DNA of 54,231 bases, from positions 7,272,110 through 7,326,340 of the forward strand of contig NC_057718.1 of NCBI RefSeq assembly GCF_004010195.1, read 5' to 3'. The position numbers were made by a program, and so were the translations under genes. Shown one piece after another: positions 11,490 through 23,065 of this stretch (within the stretch, counting starts at the first letter, position 1; every line of letters starts with the position of its first letter). The notes under the pieces are model-generated. The model was given only the letters and a program-made list of their open reading frames with translations, was not told the origin of the DNA and made no database searches. Source of the stretch: Chiloscyllium plagiosum. Lineage: Eukaryota.

Positions 11490-12190
11490 AACAAGGCATA
11501 TTGGTACAGCACTTTTAGCAGAGGATAAATCTCCCAAGATGTTTCACAGGGGCATTTCTTAATCATTCACAGGGTGAGGGCATCACTGGGCAGGCAGCAT
11601 TTATTGCCCATCCCTAATTGCCCAGAGGGCAGTTAAGAGTCAACCCCATTGCTGTGGATCTAGAGTCACATGTAGGCCAGACCAGGTAAGGATGGCAGTT
11701 TCCTTCCCTAAAGAGAATTAGTGACCAATGGATTCATGGTCATCATTAGACTTTTAATTCCAGATATTTATTAAAATCCAATTCTTCCATCTGCTGTGGC
11801 AGGAATCAAACTCAGACCCCCAGAACACTACCTGGGTCACTGGGCTAACAGTCCAGCGATAATACCACTAGGCTATTGCTTGCCTAAGCATGATCAAAGA
11901 ACATTTGACTCGTTAGGACAGATGGACAAAAACATGATCAAATTGGTTGGTTTTAGAGAGTGCCTTGATGGTATAGGAAGAGTCAGATACTTAATGACAG
12001 AGTTTTAGGGGCTAGACAACAGAACACTGATCTATGGGAAGCAAGATACTCACCAGGCCTGAATTGGAGGAGCATAGATATCTCAGAAGATTGAGAGGCT
12101 GGTGGAGACTACAAAGGTAGAGAGCGACGAGACCATGGAGGGATTTGAAAATGAGGACGATATTTTTAAAGTTAAGAGAAAGAAAAGGGT
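11490..12190 (-). mobile_element. L2-type LINE 3' end (old), interrupted by a SINE
   Basis: Minus strand ttaaaaatatcgtcctcattttcaaatccctccatggtctc (L2-like FK.LHGL motif) and an L2-like tail near 11490-11550. Confidence 0.6.
11563..11880 (-). mobile_element. tRNA-derived SINE, family 2 (non-HE1)
   Basis: Reverse complement of 18789-19135: head tagtggtattatcgctggac, ggaaactgccatccttacctggtctggcctacatgtgac, tail gggcaattagggatgggcaataaatgctg. Confidence 0.85.
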
Positions 12191-12199
12191 GCAGTTCGA

Positions 12200-12746
12200 A
12201 TGTTGAATGTGTAAGAATTCAGGCATGAGGAGAACAGAGGGCTTCAGTACCTTGCATATATTAGAACAGAGCATTAACTGACATAATGAAGACTCTCATC
12301 ATGAAAGGGAGGTGGAAACACGGGAATGTGGAGAAGTCTGAAAAACACAGATCGCTCTTAACCAGGCTTTGTTGCTGTCCTTGACATAACGCCAATGTGG
12401 ATCCATTCAAAATAACTGTGTTAGCACTGGTGTTGAAAATAAACACCACACTAATTGGAAAGTCTACACTCTTGTCTCTTATAGTTCGCACCTTTTTAAA
12501 CTCAACCTCTGTAATTTGACAACTGTGAATTGTTACTTATTACGAATTAACCAATGACCTTTTTGATGCTACGATCTCATTAGTCAGGTGATTTAGCTCC
12601 AGCCAAACTGGCTGGCTGAGGTTTGTGAGGTTAATGACTGTGATTCCATGACATTGTTTGGACATTGTAATATCTGTTTTTTTTTGATGAATTGAAACAA
12701 CTGTCTCCATTCCGCAATTTCACGTTGTAATCTCTTCTACCTTGTG
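12200..12746 (-). other. AIG1: Putative AIG1 3' UTR (non-repetitive part; true end unknown)
   Basis: Non-repetitive AT-rich sequence directly after the stop codon; no AATAAA/ATTAAA on the minus strand within this stretch. Confidence 0.55.
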
Positions 12747-12787
12747 TCAATCCATTTTGTTCTTGCTGTCAACCTTTTCTTCTATAC
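12747..12787 (-). CDS. AIG1: AIG1 terminal coding exon (41 coding bp including TGA)
   Basis: Minus strand: acceptor ctgcttttatatttctAG then gtatagaagaaaaggttgacagcaagaacaaaatggatTGA. Joined to the phase-1 T of the previous exon it reads CIEEKVDSKNKMD*, comparable to the recalled human AIG1 end SMEEEKEKPKLE*. Confidence 0.85.
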
Positions 12788-12922
12788 CTAGAAATATAAA
12801 AGCAGATCAGATATATATTTCAGTGAAGTATTTTTTCTATTTTTGCCTCTTACAATTTGTTTGCTTGTAAACTGTCAATACCATCAGGGCACCCTCAGCA
12901 GAATACCTGTCCTGTCCTGTCA

Positions 12923-13748
12923 TTAGATTAGATTCCCTACAGTGTGGAAACAGGCCCTTCGGCCCAACCAGTCCACACTGACCCTCAGAAGAGTAACCCA
13001 CCCAGACCCATTTCCCTCTGATTAATGCACCTAACACTATGGGCAATTAAGCATGGCCAATTCATCTGGCCTTCACATCTTTGGACTGTGGGAGGAAGCC
13101 ACAGAACTGTGTCCAGTTCTGGTCGCCCTATTATAGGAAAGATGTGGATGCTTTGGAGAGGGTTCAGAGGAGGTTTACCAGGATGCTGCCTGGAATGGAG
13201 GGCTTCTTTTATGAAGAGAGGTTGACTGAGCTCGGACTTTTTTCATTGGAAAAAAGAAGGAAGAGAGGGGACCTAATTGAGGTGTACAAGATAATGAGAG
13301 GCATAGGTAGAGTTGATAGCCAGAAACTTTTTCCCAGGGCAGAAATTGTTAACACGAGGGGTCATAGTTTTAAGCTGTTTGGCGGCAAGTATAGAGAGGA
13401 GGTCAGACGGGGTTCTTTACGCAGAGAGTTGTGAGAGCATGGAATGCATTGCCAGCAGCAGTTGTGGAAGCAAGATATTTAAGAGACTGCTGGACATGCA
13501 TAGGGTCACAGAAATTTGAGAGTTCGTACATTAGGTTTAACTCACATGAGGATCAATGGTCGGCACAACATCGTGGGATGAAGGGCCTGTTCTGTCCGAT
13601 GTTCTAAGCCGGAGCACCCGGAGGAAACCCACGCAGACATGGGGAGAATGTGCAAACTCCACACAGACAGTCGCCCAAGGCTGGAATTGAACCTGGGACC
13701 CTGGTGCTGTGAGACAGCAGGGCTAACCACTGAGCCACCGTGCCGCCC
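12923..13748. mobile_element. HE1 (minus) split by a plus-strand CR1 3' fragment (~13103-13605)
   Basis: HE1 3' half at 12923-13100 and 5' half at 13606-13748; inner ORF CVQFWSPYYRKDVDALERVQRRFTRMLPG. Confidence 0.88.
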
Positions 13749-14063
13749 CAGAAAGCCCATTGCTTGGCCCTCTCAGCCATTTCATGGGGTAATTAAGAGT
13801 TAACCGAGTAGCTATGGATCTGGACTCATGTGCAGTCCAGACCGGGTAAGGACAGCAGATTTCCTTCCCTAAAGGACATTAGTGAGCCAGGAAGGTTCTT
13901 ATGACTCACTGGGTGTTTCATTGCCTCGCTGATATTACATTTCAATCCCAGGTTAGATTGAATTTAAATTCCACAAGTTGCCATGATAGGATTCGAACCC
14001 ATGTCCTCAAGGCATTAGCTTGAGGCTCTGAATTTCTCGTCCACTCATATTACTACTACACAA

Positions 14064-14260
14064 GGAGAAAATGAGGGCTGCAGATGCCGGAGATCAGAGT
14101 CAAAAGGTGTGGTGCTGGAAAAGCACAGCAGGTCAGGCAGGATCTGAGGAGCAGGAGCGTCATCATTTCAAAAGGGTTTATGCCTGAAACGTGGACTTTC
14201 TTGCCCCTCAGACGCTGCCTGACCTGCTGTGCATTTACAGAGGCATACCTTTTGACTCTT
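14064..14260. mobile_element. PLE family-B fold-back mini-element (diverged)
   Basis: Tail gagaaaatgagggctgcagatg; arms agagtcaaaaggt...cagcaggtcaggcag / ctgcctgacctgctg...accttttgactct. Confidence 0.8.
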
Positions 14261-14314
14261 ATTGTTGCACAATACTGTCTTCCTTTGTGTTAGTTGTCCC
14301 CGTTGTGAACTCCA

Positions 14315-15395
14315 GAGTGCTTCAGTGCACAGGGATCTGTATGTCATCATTCATTCATGAGTCACAGAAAACTAATGTTCAGGTACAGCAGGTAATAAGG
14401 AAGGCAAATAGAATTTTCTTTTGCCAGAGGGATAGAGTATAAAACTAGGGAAGTGTTTCTGCAACTGCACAAGGCTTCAGTGGGACCGCACCTTGTGTAT
14501 TGTGTACAATTTTGGTCCCCTTATTTGAGGAGTGATATAATTGAATTGGAGGCAGTTCAGAGGAGGTTCATTACATTGATTCCAGAGATAAGGGGTTTGT
14601 CTTATATCATAGAATCCCTAAAGTGTGGAAACAGGCCATTTAGCCCGACAAGTCCACACCGACCCTCTGAAGAGTAACCCACCCAGACCCATTCCCCTAC
14701 TCTACATTTACCCCTGAATAATGCACCTAACTTACACATCCCTGAAGACTATGGGTAATTTAGTGTGGCCAGTTCACCTAACCTGCACATCATTGGATTG
14801 TGGGAGGAAACCGGAGCACCCAGTGGAAACCACATAGACACGGGGAGCATGTGCAAACTCCACACAGACAGTTTCCCGAGGTTGGAATCAAACCTGGGTC
14901 CCTGGTGCTGTGTGACAGCAGTCTAACCACTGAGCCACCATGCCACCCCTCTCTTTTTATGAAGAGAGATTGAACAGTTTGAGCCAGTACTCTCTGGGGT
15001 TTAGAAGGATGAGAGGAGATCTAATTAAGGTGTATAAGATGCTGAAGGGAATTGACAAAGAGATGTGGAGAGAAAGACATAGAGATGGTGTTTCATTTGG
15101 GACAATTGAGAAGAAAGATCATACTTTGCAGATAATGGGTAGCAGATTTAAAACAGATGAGGTGCAATTATTTTTCTCAGAGGGTCATGAATCTGTGGAA
15201 CTCACTACCACAGAGTGTGGTGGACACTGGGAAATGATTAAATTTAAGGAGAAGGTAGGCAGACTTTTAATTAGCAACAGGTTGAAGGGTTATGGAAAGT
15301 GGAGTTTGAGTTGAGATCAGCTATGTTTGCCTTAAATGGCGGAGCAGGCTTGAGGGGCTGAATGGACTACTCCTGCTCCTATACCCGATGTTCTT
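14315..15395 (+). mobile_element. CR1 RT C-terminus and 3' end interrupted by HE1 (minus, ~14608-14948)
   Basis: PHLVYCVQFWSPYL...EAVQRRF and RRMRGDLIKVYKML on either side of a complete HE1. Confidence 0.85.
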
Positions 15396-16124
15396 TTGTT
15401 GACAGAAGTGGGTTTGAGCCCAGCCTTTCTCTCCTACACTTGACCCCTGACTTGAAGCTGCTGGTAATTTGATAGTTAGGACATTTCTGAGTCCTAACAG
15501 TATCATCTAATAGTGGTCCTGTGCGAAGTATGCCACTTACTCGGCACGATCACAGTTAATTTCTGCATGCTCCGATATCTGCAACATGTCTGCCTCAAGC
15601 TCCTTACCCCATGTGAGGTAGTTCGAAGCCATGATAGAACAAGAACTTTCACTTGTTCAGTCTGGGTGTTCACCTGGAAGAATAGTCAATATCGAATTCG
15701 GAAAATTAACAGTGATATCATAGGAGGATGGTCTGACAAGGGTTCTGTATAGCTGCAACATGGTTTGTCAACTCTTGTACTCCGTGACAAAAATGGAATT
15801 CACACCGTGGCAATACAGGTAACCAAGGTGATGAAGAAGGCATATGGCACGCTTGCCTTCATCGGATGGAGTATGGAGTACAAGAGTTGACAAACCATGT
15901 TGCAGCTATACAGAACCCTTGTTAGGCCATGTTTGAAGCATTGTGTGCAGTTTTAATTAGATTCCCTACAGTGTGGAAACAGGCTCCTACGCATAGAGTG
16001 GTAGGAGCCTGGAACGTACTGTTTGAAGAGGTGGTGGAAGCAGGCACATTGGTGACATTTAAGAGGCATCTGGATGGTTCCATGAATAGGGAGAAGAGAG
16101 AGGAAATATAATGAAAAGAGACAA

Positions 16125-16470
16125 AGGGAGGCAACAGCATAATGGCACTATCACTGGGATATTAATTCAGAGACCCAGGTAATGTTCCTGAGACCTGGGT
16201 TTGAAACTTGCAATGGCAAATTGTGGAATTGGAATTCAATAAAAGTCTGGAAATGAGAGAGTAATGATGACCATAAGTCAATTGTCAAAAACCTATCTGT
16301 TTCACAGATATCCTTCAGGGAAGGAAACTGCCATCCTTACCTGGTCTGGCCCACATGTGACACTAGACCCAGAGCAATATGGTTAATTCTTAACCGTTCT
16401 CTGGGCTACAATGGATGGGCAATAAATGCTGGCCTAACCAAGGAGGCCCACATCCTGTGAATAAATAAAA
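16125..16470 (+). mobile_element. tRNA-derived SINE, family 2
   Basis: Same head, core and tail as 18789-19135; ends gaataaataaaaa. Confidence 0.8.
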
Positions 16471-16689
16471 ACTAAACCAAAATCCCAAATCTGTTTTCCA
16501 GATTTTTTTTTCATTTTGCAGAAGCTTTCATTTTAAGGAAAGGACTCAAGGAATATAGCTGAGATGGAGAAGGAAATGGAAATATTTTTAAGAAGGTGAG
16601 AGATAAATTGTGTTTAAACAATGGACTACAATTATTTCAGGAGCACACATCAAAAGGTGAGATTTTATGTCATGAAAATATTTCTAATG

Positions 16690-16985
16690 ATTAGATTCCC
16701 CACAGTGTGGATACAGGCCCTTCAGCCCAACCAGTCCACACCTACCCTCCGAAGAGTAACCCATCCAGACCCATTTCCCCCTGATTAATGCACCTAACGC
16801 TACTAGCAATTTAGCACGGCCAATTCACCTAACCTGCACATCTTTGTGTTTGTGGGAGGAAACCCACACAGACATGGGGGAAGAATGTGCAAACTCCACA
16901 CAGACAGTCACCCGAGGCTAGAATCAAACCTGAGACCCTGGTGCTGTGAGGCAGCAGTGCTAACCACTGAGCCACCACACCACCC
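16690..16985 (-). mobile_element. HE1-type V-SINE
   Basis: ttagatt tail through gcagtgctaaccactgagccacc head. Confidence 0.88.
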
Positions 16986-17557
16986 AGCAATGACTAGTGA
17001 TATCTTTGAGCAGTTTAGGGCTACACTAATGAAGTTCAAAAGAGTGAGAGGAGATCTAATTGAGGTATATTAAATGCTAAAGGAGATTGACAAAGTAATG
17101 TAGAGAGGATGTTTCCTCATGCTGGCATTCTAGAATAGCTGGGAATTTGAGTATATTTATGTTGGAGATAGACAGATTTTTAATTAGTAACGGTTTGAAG
17201 GGTTATAGAGAGTGGGCAGGAAAGTGGAGTTGAGGCAGAAATGAGATCAGCCATGATGGTATTCGATGGCAGTGCGTGCTAGAGGGGCTGAATGGCCTCC
17301 TCATGCTCCTAGTTTTCATGTTTGAAGCTCAATTATTGTATAAGGAACTGAGAATCACCTAAAAGCTGGTTAACTAAAAGTTGGAGAGAGGTTTCCCTGG
17401 AAGTGAAATATAAATGGGTTACGTTGCAGATACGTAGCTTGCAAAGAATAATTAATAATGAGTTGTGCCCATAATGAATATTCCCAGTAGCGGATGTGTC
17501 ATCGATTGTCCTGCAGAGTTGCAATTTGTGAACCAGGCTTTACAGTATGTCATACAA

Positions 17558-17738
17558 AATCAAAATTGTGGCGCTGGAAAAGCACAGCTGGTCAGGCAGC
17601 ATCCGAGGATCACGAATGAAGAGCTTATGTTTGAAATGTCGACTCTCCTGCTCCTCGGATGCTGCCTGACAGGCTGTGCTTTTCCAGCGCCACACGTTTT
17701 GACTCTGATCTTCTGCACCTGCAGTCCTCACTTTCTCC
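17558..17738. mobile_element. PLE family-B fold-back mini-element ~50 bp from the AIG1 donor site
   Basis: Arms gtggcgctggaaaagcacagc..tcaggcagcatccgagga / tcctcggatgctgcctgac..gctgtgcttttccagcgccac; tail ctgcagtcctcactttctcct. Confidence 0.85.
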
Positions 17739-17787
17739 TATATATCATGGATACATGTTAAACTGAAACAGCAACGCCAGTACTTAC

Positions 17788-17951
17788 ATCTTGACTCGTC
17801 CCAGATGAAACTGTTTAACATCTCGCCCACCACGTACAGTACATTGATCACAACCAACGACGCAACAAAGACAACAGCCTTGAGGATGTTAGAGAGGTGG
17901 TCAAGAAATGGATAGACCCACATTCCTGTGATGTGATGGATCCAGCAAATC
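17788..17951 (-). CDS. AIG1: AIG1 penultimate coding exon (164 bp; phase 2 in, phase 1 out)
   Basis: Minus strand: acceptor ttccctgatcttctcccAG, exon (W)[54 protein letters not shown], donor GTAAGT. Closely matches the recalled human AIG1 segment [20 protein letters not shown]...LYLLGEVLNNYIWDTQK and is closer to it than to ADTRP. Confidence 0.93.
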
Positions 17952-18224
17952 CTGGGAGAAGATCAGGGAAATGCAAACAGTCAAACCTTCTTGCATCCAA
18001 GATAAGCAACAGAAAACAGCTGTAACACTTTCATATCACAAAATTAGGCCCTGTCCCTACTGTGGAGATCATCTCCTGCCGTAAGCTAACAGCTAAACTC
18101 CTCCAGTCCAGGTAGAGGAGCCATTGCAGATTCACCTTGTCCCAGGCTCTGATTAGAATACAGTCAATGACTGGTCATTGCAAGTTCAGTTGCAACATGT
18201 AGATGCTGAAGGATAGTCTTTTTT

Positions 18225-18560
18225 GGAACCGAAAACAGCTAATGCTGGAGATCTCAGCGGGTCAGACAGTATCCATGGGGAAAGACCAAGCTAACATTTT
18301 GACTCTAGATGACTCGAGCTGAGGGATTCCTGATGAAGGGCTTTTGCCCAAAACATTGATTTTCCTGCTCCATGGATGCTGCCTGACCTGCTGTCCTTTT
18401 CCAGCACCACTCCAATCTTGACTCTAATCTCCAGCACCTGCAGTAGCCACCTCCACCCTGAGGTACTGATGAAGAGTCATCTGGATCGAAACGTTAGTTT
18501 GCTCCCTCTCCATGGATACTATGATCTCCAATATTTGTTGTTTCCAGTACAGATTCTAGC
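18225..18560. mobile_element. Composite of PLE 3'-end mini-elements with two hammerhead remnants
   Basis: ctgatgaagggcttttgcccaaaacattg (degenerate, ~18330) and ctgatgaagagtcatctggatcgaaacgttag (18466-18497). Confidence 0.75.
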
Positions 18561-18788
18561 ATTTGCTCCTACATTTGGCTGTATTGAAGCTTATTTCAAA
18601 AAAGAAGTGAGGAAACGTGGCGTCTTCCAGAGAAGGTACCTGAACGTTTCTGCAGGGCTACGGGAACACAGCAAGAAACTGAACAGAAAGAGCTGACATA
18701 GGGAGGATGGGTTGAATGGCCTCCTTTTAACTGCACTGATCGATGATTCGAGGTAATAGTATCTGTGTTACTTCTGAAATGTGCGAAT

Positions 18789-19135
18789 GGGGGAGGCGAT
18801 GTATTGGTAGTACTATCACGGGACTATTAATCCAGAAACCCAAGTAACGTTCTGGGCACCTGGACGTGAATCCTGCCATGGCAGAAGGTGGAACTTAAAT
18901 TCAATAAAAGTCCGGAATTGAGAATCTATTGATGTCCATGGATCGACTTTCGATTGTCAGAAAAACCCATCACTAACAAGAGATGGAAACTGCCATCCTT
19001 ACTTGGTCGGGCCTACATGGGACTCCAGACCCACAGCATTGTGATTGTCTCTCAACTGCCCTCTGGGCAATTAGGGATGGGCAATAAATGCTGCCTAGCC
19101 AGCGACACCCTCATCCCATGTATGATTAAACAAAA
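18789..19135 (+). mobile_element. tRNA-derived SINE, family 2 (near full length)
   Basis: gggggaggcgatg..tagtactatcacgggac A-box-like and gtgaatcc B-box-like head; tail shared with the LINE at 42880-43582. Confidence 0.85.
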
Positions 19136-20164
19136 ATCCACCATTTTGCATTTGGAAAGGGCTCCCGGCTTTAAGAGGACCACTTCAGCAGGCTAAGCCA
19201 AAATATTAGCCACGCAACAGAGGCAAGAGTTGTCGAGAGGGTGTGGGACTAGAGGTGCAAGACTGTCTATGTTAGTGACTCTCCCTGCTCCTGTGAGAAG
19301 GCATGGATAGAGTAGATTGAGAGAAACATTGCCCTGCTGCTCAGAGGCATTGGGGGCAAATGTTGGGTTGAAGTCAGGACCCGGAGATCTAACTTTAAAC
19401 TCACAGCTTGGCCATTCAGGAGAGAGATTAAGCAGTGGTTGTCCATGAAAAAGGTGTAGAATATTTGGAACTCTGCATCAAAAGCCGATGGATCTTGGGT
19501 CCTTTCAAATTTGAGATTGATGGAATTATTTTGGAGACTAAAAACCAGGCATTAGGAGTCAAGACAAAGATCAGCCACAGTCTCACTGAATGGGGAATGC
19601 ATTTCGTAGAATCCCTACAGAGTAGAAACAGACCATTTTGGCCCAACAAGTCCACCCTAGCACTGTGAGACAGCAGTGCTAACCACAGAGCTACTGTGCT
19701 ACCCCACTTGTTGGGCTGAATGGCTTGCTTCAATTCTTTGTTCCTGAGCCAGGCTATCTGCTGAATGCCTTCCTTGGTCTCACAATGCACCAGCTTCCTG
19801 TGAGTCTCCACACCCTCAAAAGGATCACAGAGTTGGGGATTGTACATGTCTCTCTTCAGATCCTATCTTCAACCTAACAGCTGGTGCTTTAATGGTAAAC
19901 ATCTCTTCTCACAAACTGGTTTGCCACCTTTGTTTTCCTTTTTTGAGGACAAGAAGGACTTTGTTGTTATTCGTATATTATCATTAACAGCACTTAAAGC
20001 AATTAACTCTGGGGTAGCAGGTGATGGTGAAAACAAACCACCTAGTGCTACACAACAGGAAGAGACTGCTGTGACTCCCAGTGCGGGGGAAGAAACATCA
20101 GAGAAAGCTTACAGTCCCAGAATGTCCCTAAGCACCTCACAACCAAATATAGAAGCGTATGTGT

Positions 20165-20890
20165 GAAGTGCAGTGAACGCAACCAATTTGCTCACAGAAA
20201 GCTCCCAGATGCATCAAGAGATAATGACCTGATAATTTTCTTTTGTGTGGAGGTTGTTTTGGGATGAATATTGACTAGGAGAACCCTCTGCTCTTCTTCA
20301 ACATTTTGCAATGGGATCTTAGAATTCCGACAGCCTGGAAACAGGTGCTTTGTCCCAACAAGTCCACACCAACCTTCCAAAGAGTAGGCAAAAGTGAGGA
20401 CCGCAGATGCTGGAAACCAGAGTCTAGATTAGATTGGTGCTGGAAAAGCACAGCAGGTCAGGATTTTCCTGCTCCTCCAAAAAGTAACCTACCCAGACCC
20501 ATTCTCCAACCCTATTTACCCCCGATTAATGCACCTAACCTACACATGTCTTTGAACACTATGGGGCAATTTAGCATGGCCAATCCACCTAACCTGCACA
20601 TCTTTGGATTGTGGGAGGAAACCCATGCGGACACCGGGAGAATGTGCAAACTCCACACAGACAGTTGCCTGAGGCTGGGTCCATGGCACTGAGAGGCAGT
20701 AGTACTGACCAGTGAGCTACTATGCTGTCCTAAAGAAAGCAAACAGGGCTTAGACTGAACATCTCACTCTAGAGACAGCACCTCTGACATTGCAGGGCTG
20801 TTTGTACAGCAATGAAGCGGCAGCCTGGATGTTCTTTCCAAAACGCTGATCTTTCTGCAATATGACTTGAGCCCATGTTCTTCTGATCTA
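20165..20890 (-). mobile_element. DeuSINE (SacSINE1/AmnSINE-like) interrupted by HE1 (~20310-20730), itself interrupted by a PLE mini-element (~20390-20480)
   Basis: Minus strand aagatcccattgc...gaagaagagcagagggttctcc...aatattcatccc...gggagcttt...caaattggttgc resembles the recalled Deu domain; the 5' part resumes at ~20740. Confidence 0.65.
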
Positions 20891-21174
20891 CTATGTACAA
20901 ACATATGAATTAGGAGCAGGAGTAGGCTATTCAGCCCATCGAGCCTGCTCTGCCATTCAACAATAAGATCATGCCTGATCTGATTATTCCACATTCCTGC
21001 TTAGGCCCCAATAACCTTTGACCCTCTTGCTTATCAAGAGCCAACAACCTCAGAATTAGAAATATTCAGATTCTGCTTCCCTCACTTTTTGAGGAAGAGC
21101 ATTCCAAAGACTTGCAACCCTCCGCAGAAAAAACCTTCTCATCTCTGTCTTAAATAGTTCAGGGTTAGGGTTTA

Positions 21175-21535
21175 GGAGAAAGTGAGGATAATGGATGCTG
21201 GAGAATCAGAGTCGAAAAGTGTGGCGCTAGAAAAGCACAGCAGGTCAGGTAGATCCGAGGAGCAGGAGAATCGATGTTTTGGGTATGATTCCTTCATCAG
21301 GAATGTGGGAGGAGTAACGGAGGGGGGGGAAGGGGGAAGGTAGCTGAGAAGGCGATAGGTAGATGCAGATAGGTGGTGATGATGATAGGTGAGGGTGGAG
21401 CAAATAGGTGGGAAGGAAGATGAACAGGCAGGACAGTTGAAGAGGGCAGTGCCGAGTTGGAGGGTTAGATTTGGGATGAGGTGGGGGCAGGGGAGATTAG
21501 GAAACTACTGAAGCCGATGTTGGAGCTGTGTGGTT
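21175..21535 (-). mobile_element. PLE family-B 3' end
   Basis: Reverse complement of the 38470-38800 region, including a degenerate hammerhead. Confidence 0.8.
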
Positions 21536-21769
21536 GAATGGGGTGTGCAATGAGAGAGAGAGGGGGTTAGGTTTTAGTTCAGGAATCTCTGACCTCCTGT
21601 ATCACAGTCACCAATAGAGTCTGTTCCAGGGATATTTGTGAGCGATGTCAGAGGAACTATGGAGTGGGAGGATATGAGATTAGGCACAATGTTGGTCACA
21701 GGGAGTCATAGAATTCCTATAGTGTGGAAGCAGGCCATTCTGCCCTTCGAGTCCACACCACCCATTGTG

Positions 21770-22088
21770 GGTGGCACGGTGGCACAGTGGTTAGCACTGC
21801 TGCCTCACAGCGCCAGAGACCCGGGTTCAATTCCCGACTCAGGCGACTGACTGTGTGGAGTTTGCACATTCTCCCCGTGTCTGCGTGGGTTTCCTCCGGG
21901 TACTCCGGTTTCCTCCCACAGTCCAAAGATGTGCACGTCAGGTGAATTGGCCATGCTAAATTGCCCCTAGTGTTAGGAAAAGGGGTAAATGTAGGGGAAT
22001 GGGTGGGTTACGCTTTGGCGGGTCGGTGTGGACTTGTTGGGCCGAAGGGCCTGTTTCCACACTGTAAGTAATCTAATCTAATCTAATC
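21770..22088 (+). mobile_element. Young full-length HE1 V-SINE inserted into an antisense HE1 (21706-22338)
   Basis: ggtggcacggtggcacagtggttagcactgctgcctcacagcgccagagacccgggttcaattccc, CpG-rich, (aatct)n tail. Confidence 0.95.
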
Positions 22089-22654
22089 ACCCCTCTGAAC
22101 AGCATCCCTCCCAGATCCATCCTTCTAGTCCACCAAGCCTGCACGTCTCTGGACACAGTAGACAATATCTCATGGTAAATCCACCTAACCTGCACATCTT
22201 TGGATTGTGGGAGGAAACCCACGCAGACACGGGGAACATGTGCAAGCTCTACTACACAGTCAGCTGAGGATGGAATTGAACTAGGGTCTCTGGCCTTGTG
22301 GGGCAACGGTGCTAACCACTCGGCCAATGTGTCACGCCAAGTCTGGGAGCAGTGTGCTACAGTCAGACCAGGAGGTCAAAGAACACTAGGACCTTCACAT
22401 CAGCACATACACAGGGGATGAAACACTTCCTGTCCAACATAAATACAACACCGGGATTTCTAATGTGAGCCAGAGCTGATATTTGCCAGTGTAACATGCT
22501 TTGTGAGGAAATACACTATGAACAACGCTTAATAAGAAGAACTTTGCTTTTCGATAGGTTGTTGAGGGTCATAACTTTTCCTCTGCACAGGTGCCAACTC
22601 TTTGAGATTGCTCTGGAATTTCCAAGAATGGGCGATAATCTCCAGGCCCATGTT

Positions 22655-23065
22655 GAGACATGGTGGCTCAGTGGTTAGCACTGCTGCCTCACAGTGCCAA
22701 GGGCCTGGGTTTGATTCCAGCCTTAGGCGACTGTCTATGTGGAGTTTGCACATTCTCTCCACGTCTGCATGGGTTTTCTCTGGGTGCTCTGTTTTTTTCC
22801 CACGGTCCACAGATGTGCAGGTTAGGTGAATTGGCTATGCTAAATTGCCCATAGTGTTAGAGAAGTGGGTCTGGGTGGGTTACTCTTCAGAGGGTTGGTG
22901 TGGACTTGTTGGGCTGAAGGGGCTGTTTCCACACTGTAAGGAATCTAATCTAATCTAGTCAGGGGTAAATGTAGAGTAATAGTATAGGGGAGTGTGTTAC
23001 TCTTCTGAGGGTCAGTATGGACTTGTTGGGCTGAACGGCCTGTTTTCGTACTGTTGGGGTTCTTT
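22655..23065 (+). mobile_element. HE1 with a second HE1 3' segment (double tail)
   Basis: Tail gttactcttc...ggacttgttgggctgaa appears twice (~22880-22956 and ~22995-23060). Confidence 0.85.

Noticed and set aside
15540..15580. Minus-strand segment followed by GTAAGT, possible cassette exon
   Set aside because: Acceptor lacks a pyrimidine tract and the AIG1 frame would stop after YIGACRN.
19840..20166. 108-aa ORF and a possible 35-bp plus-strand exon (tctctcttcAG...GTAAAC)
   Set aside because: No recognisable homology, weak donor, antisense to AIG1.
21770..21845. tRNA-like A/B boxes
   Set aside because: SINE head continuing into the V core; same for all other copies, so no tRNA gene is called.
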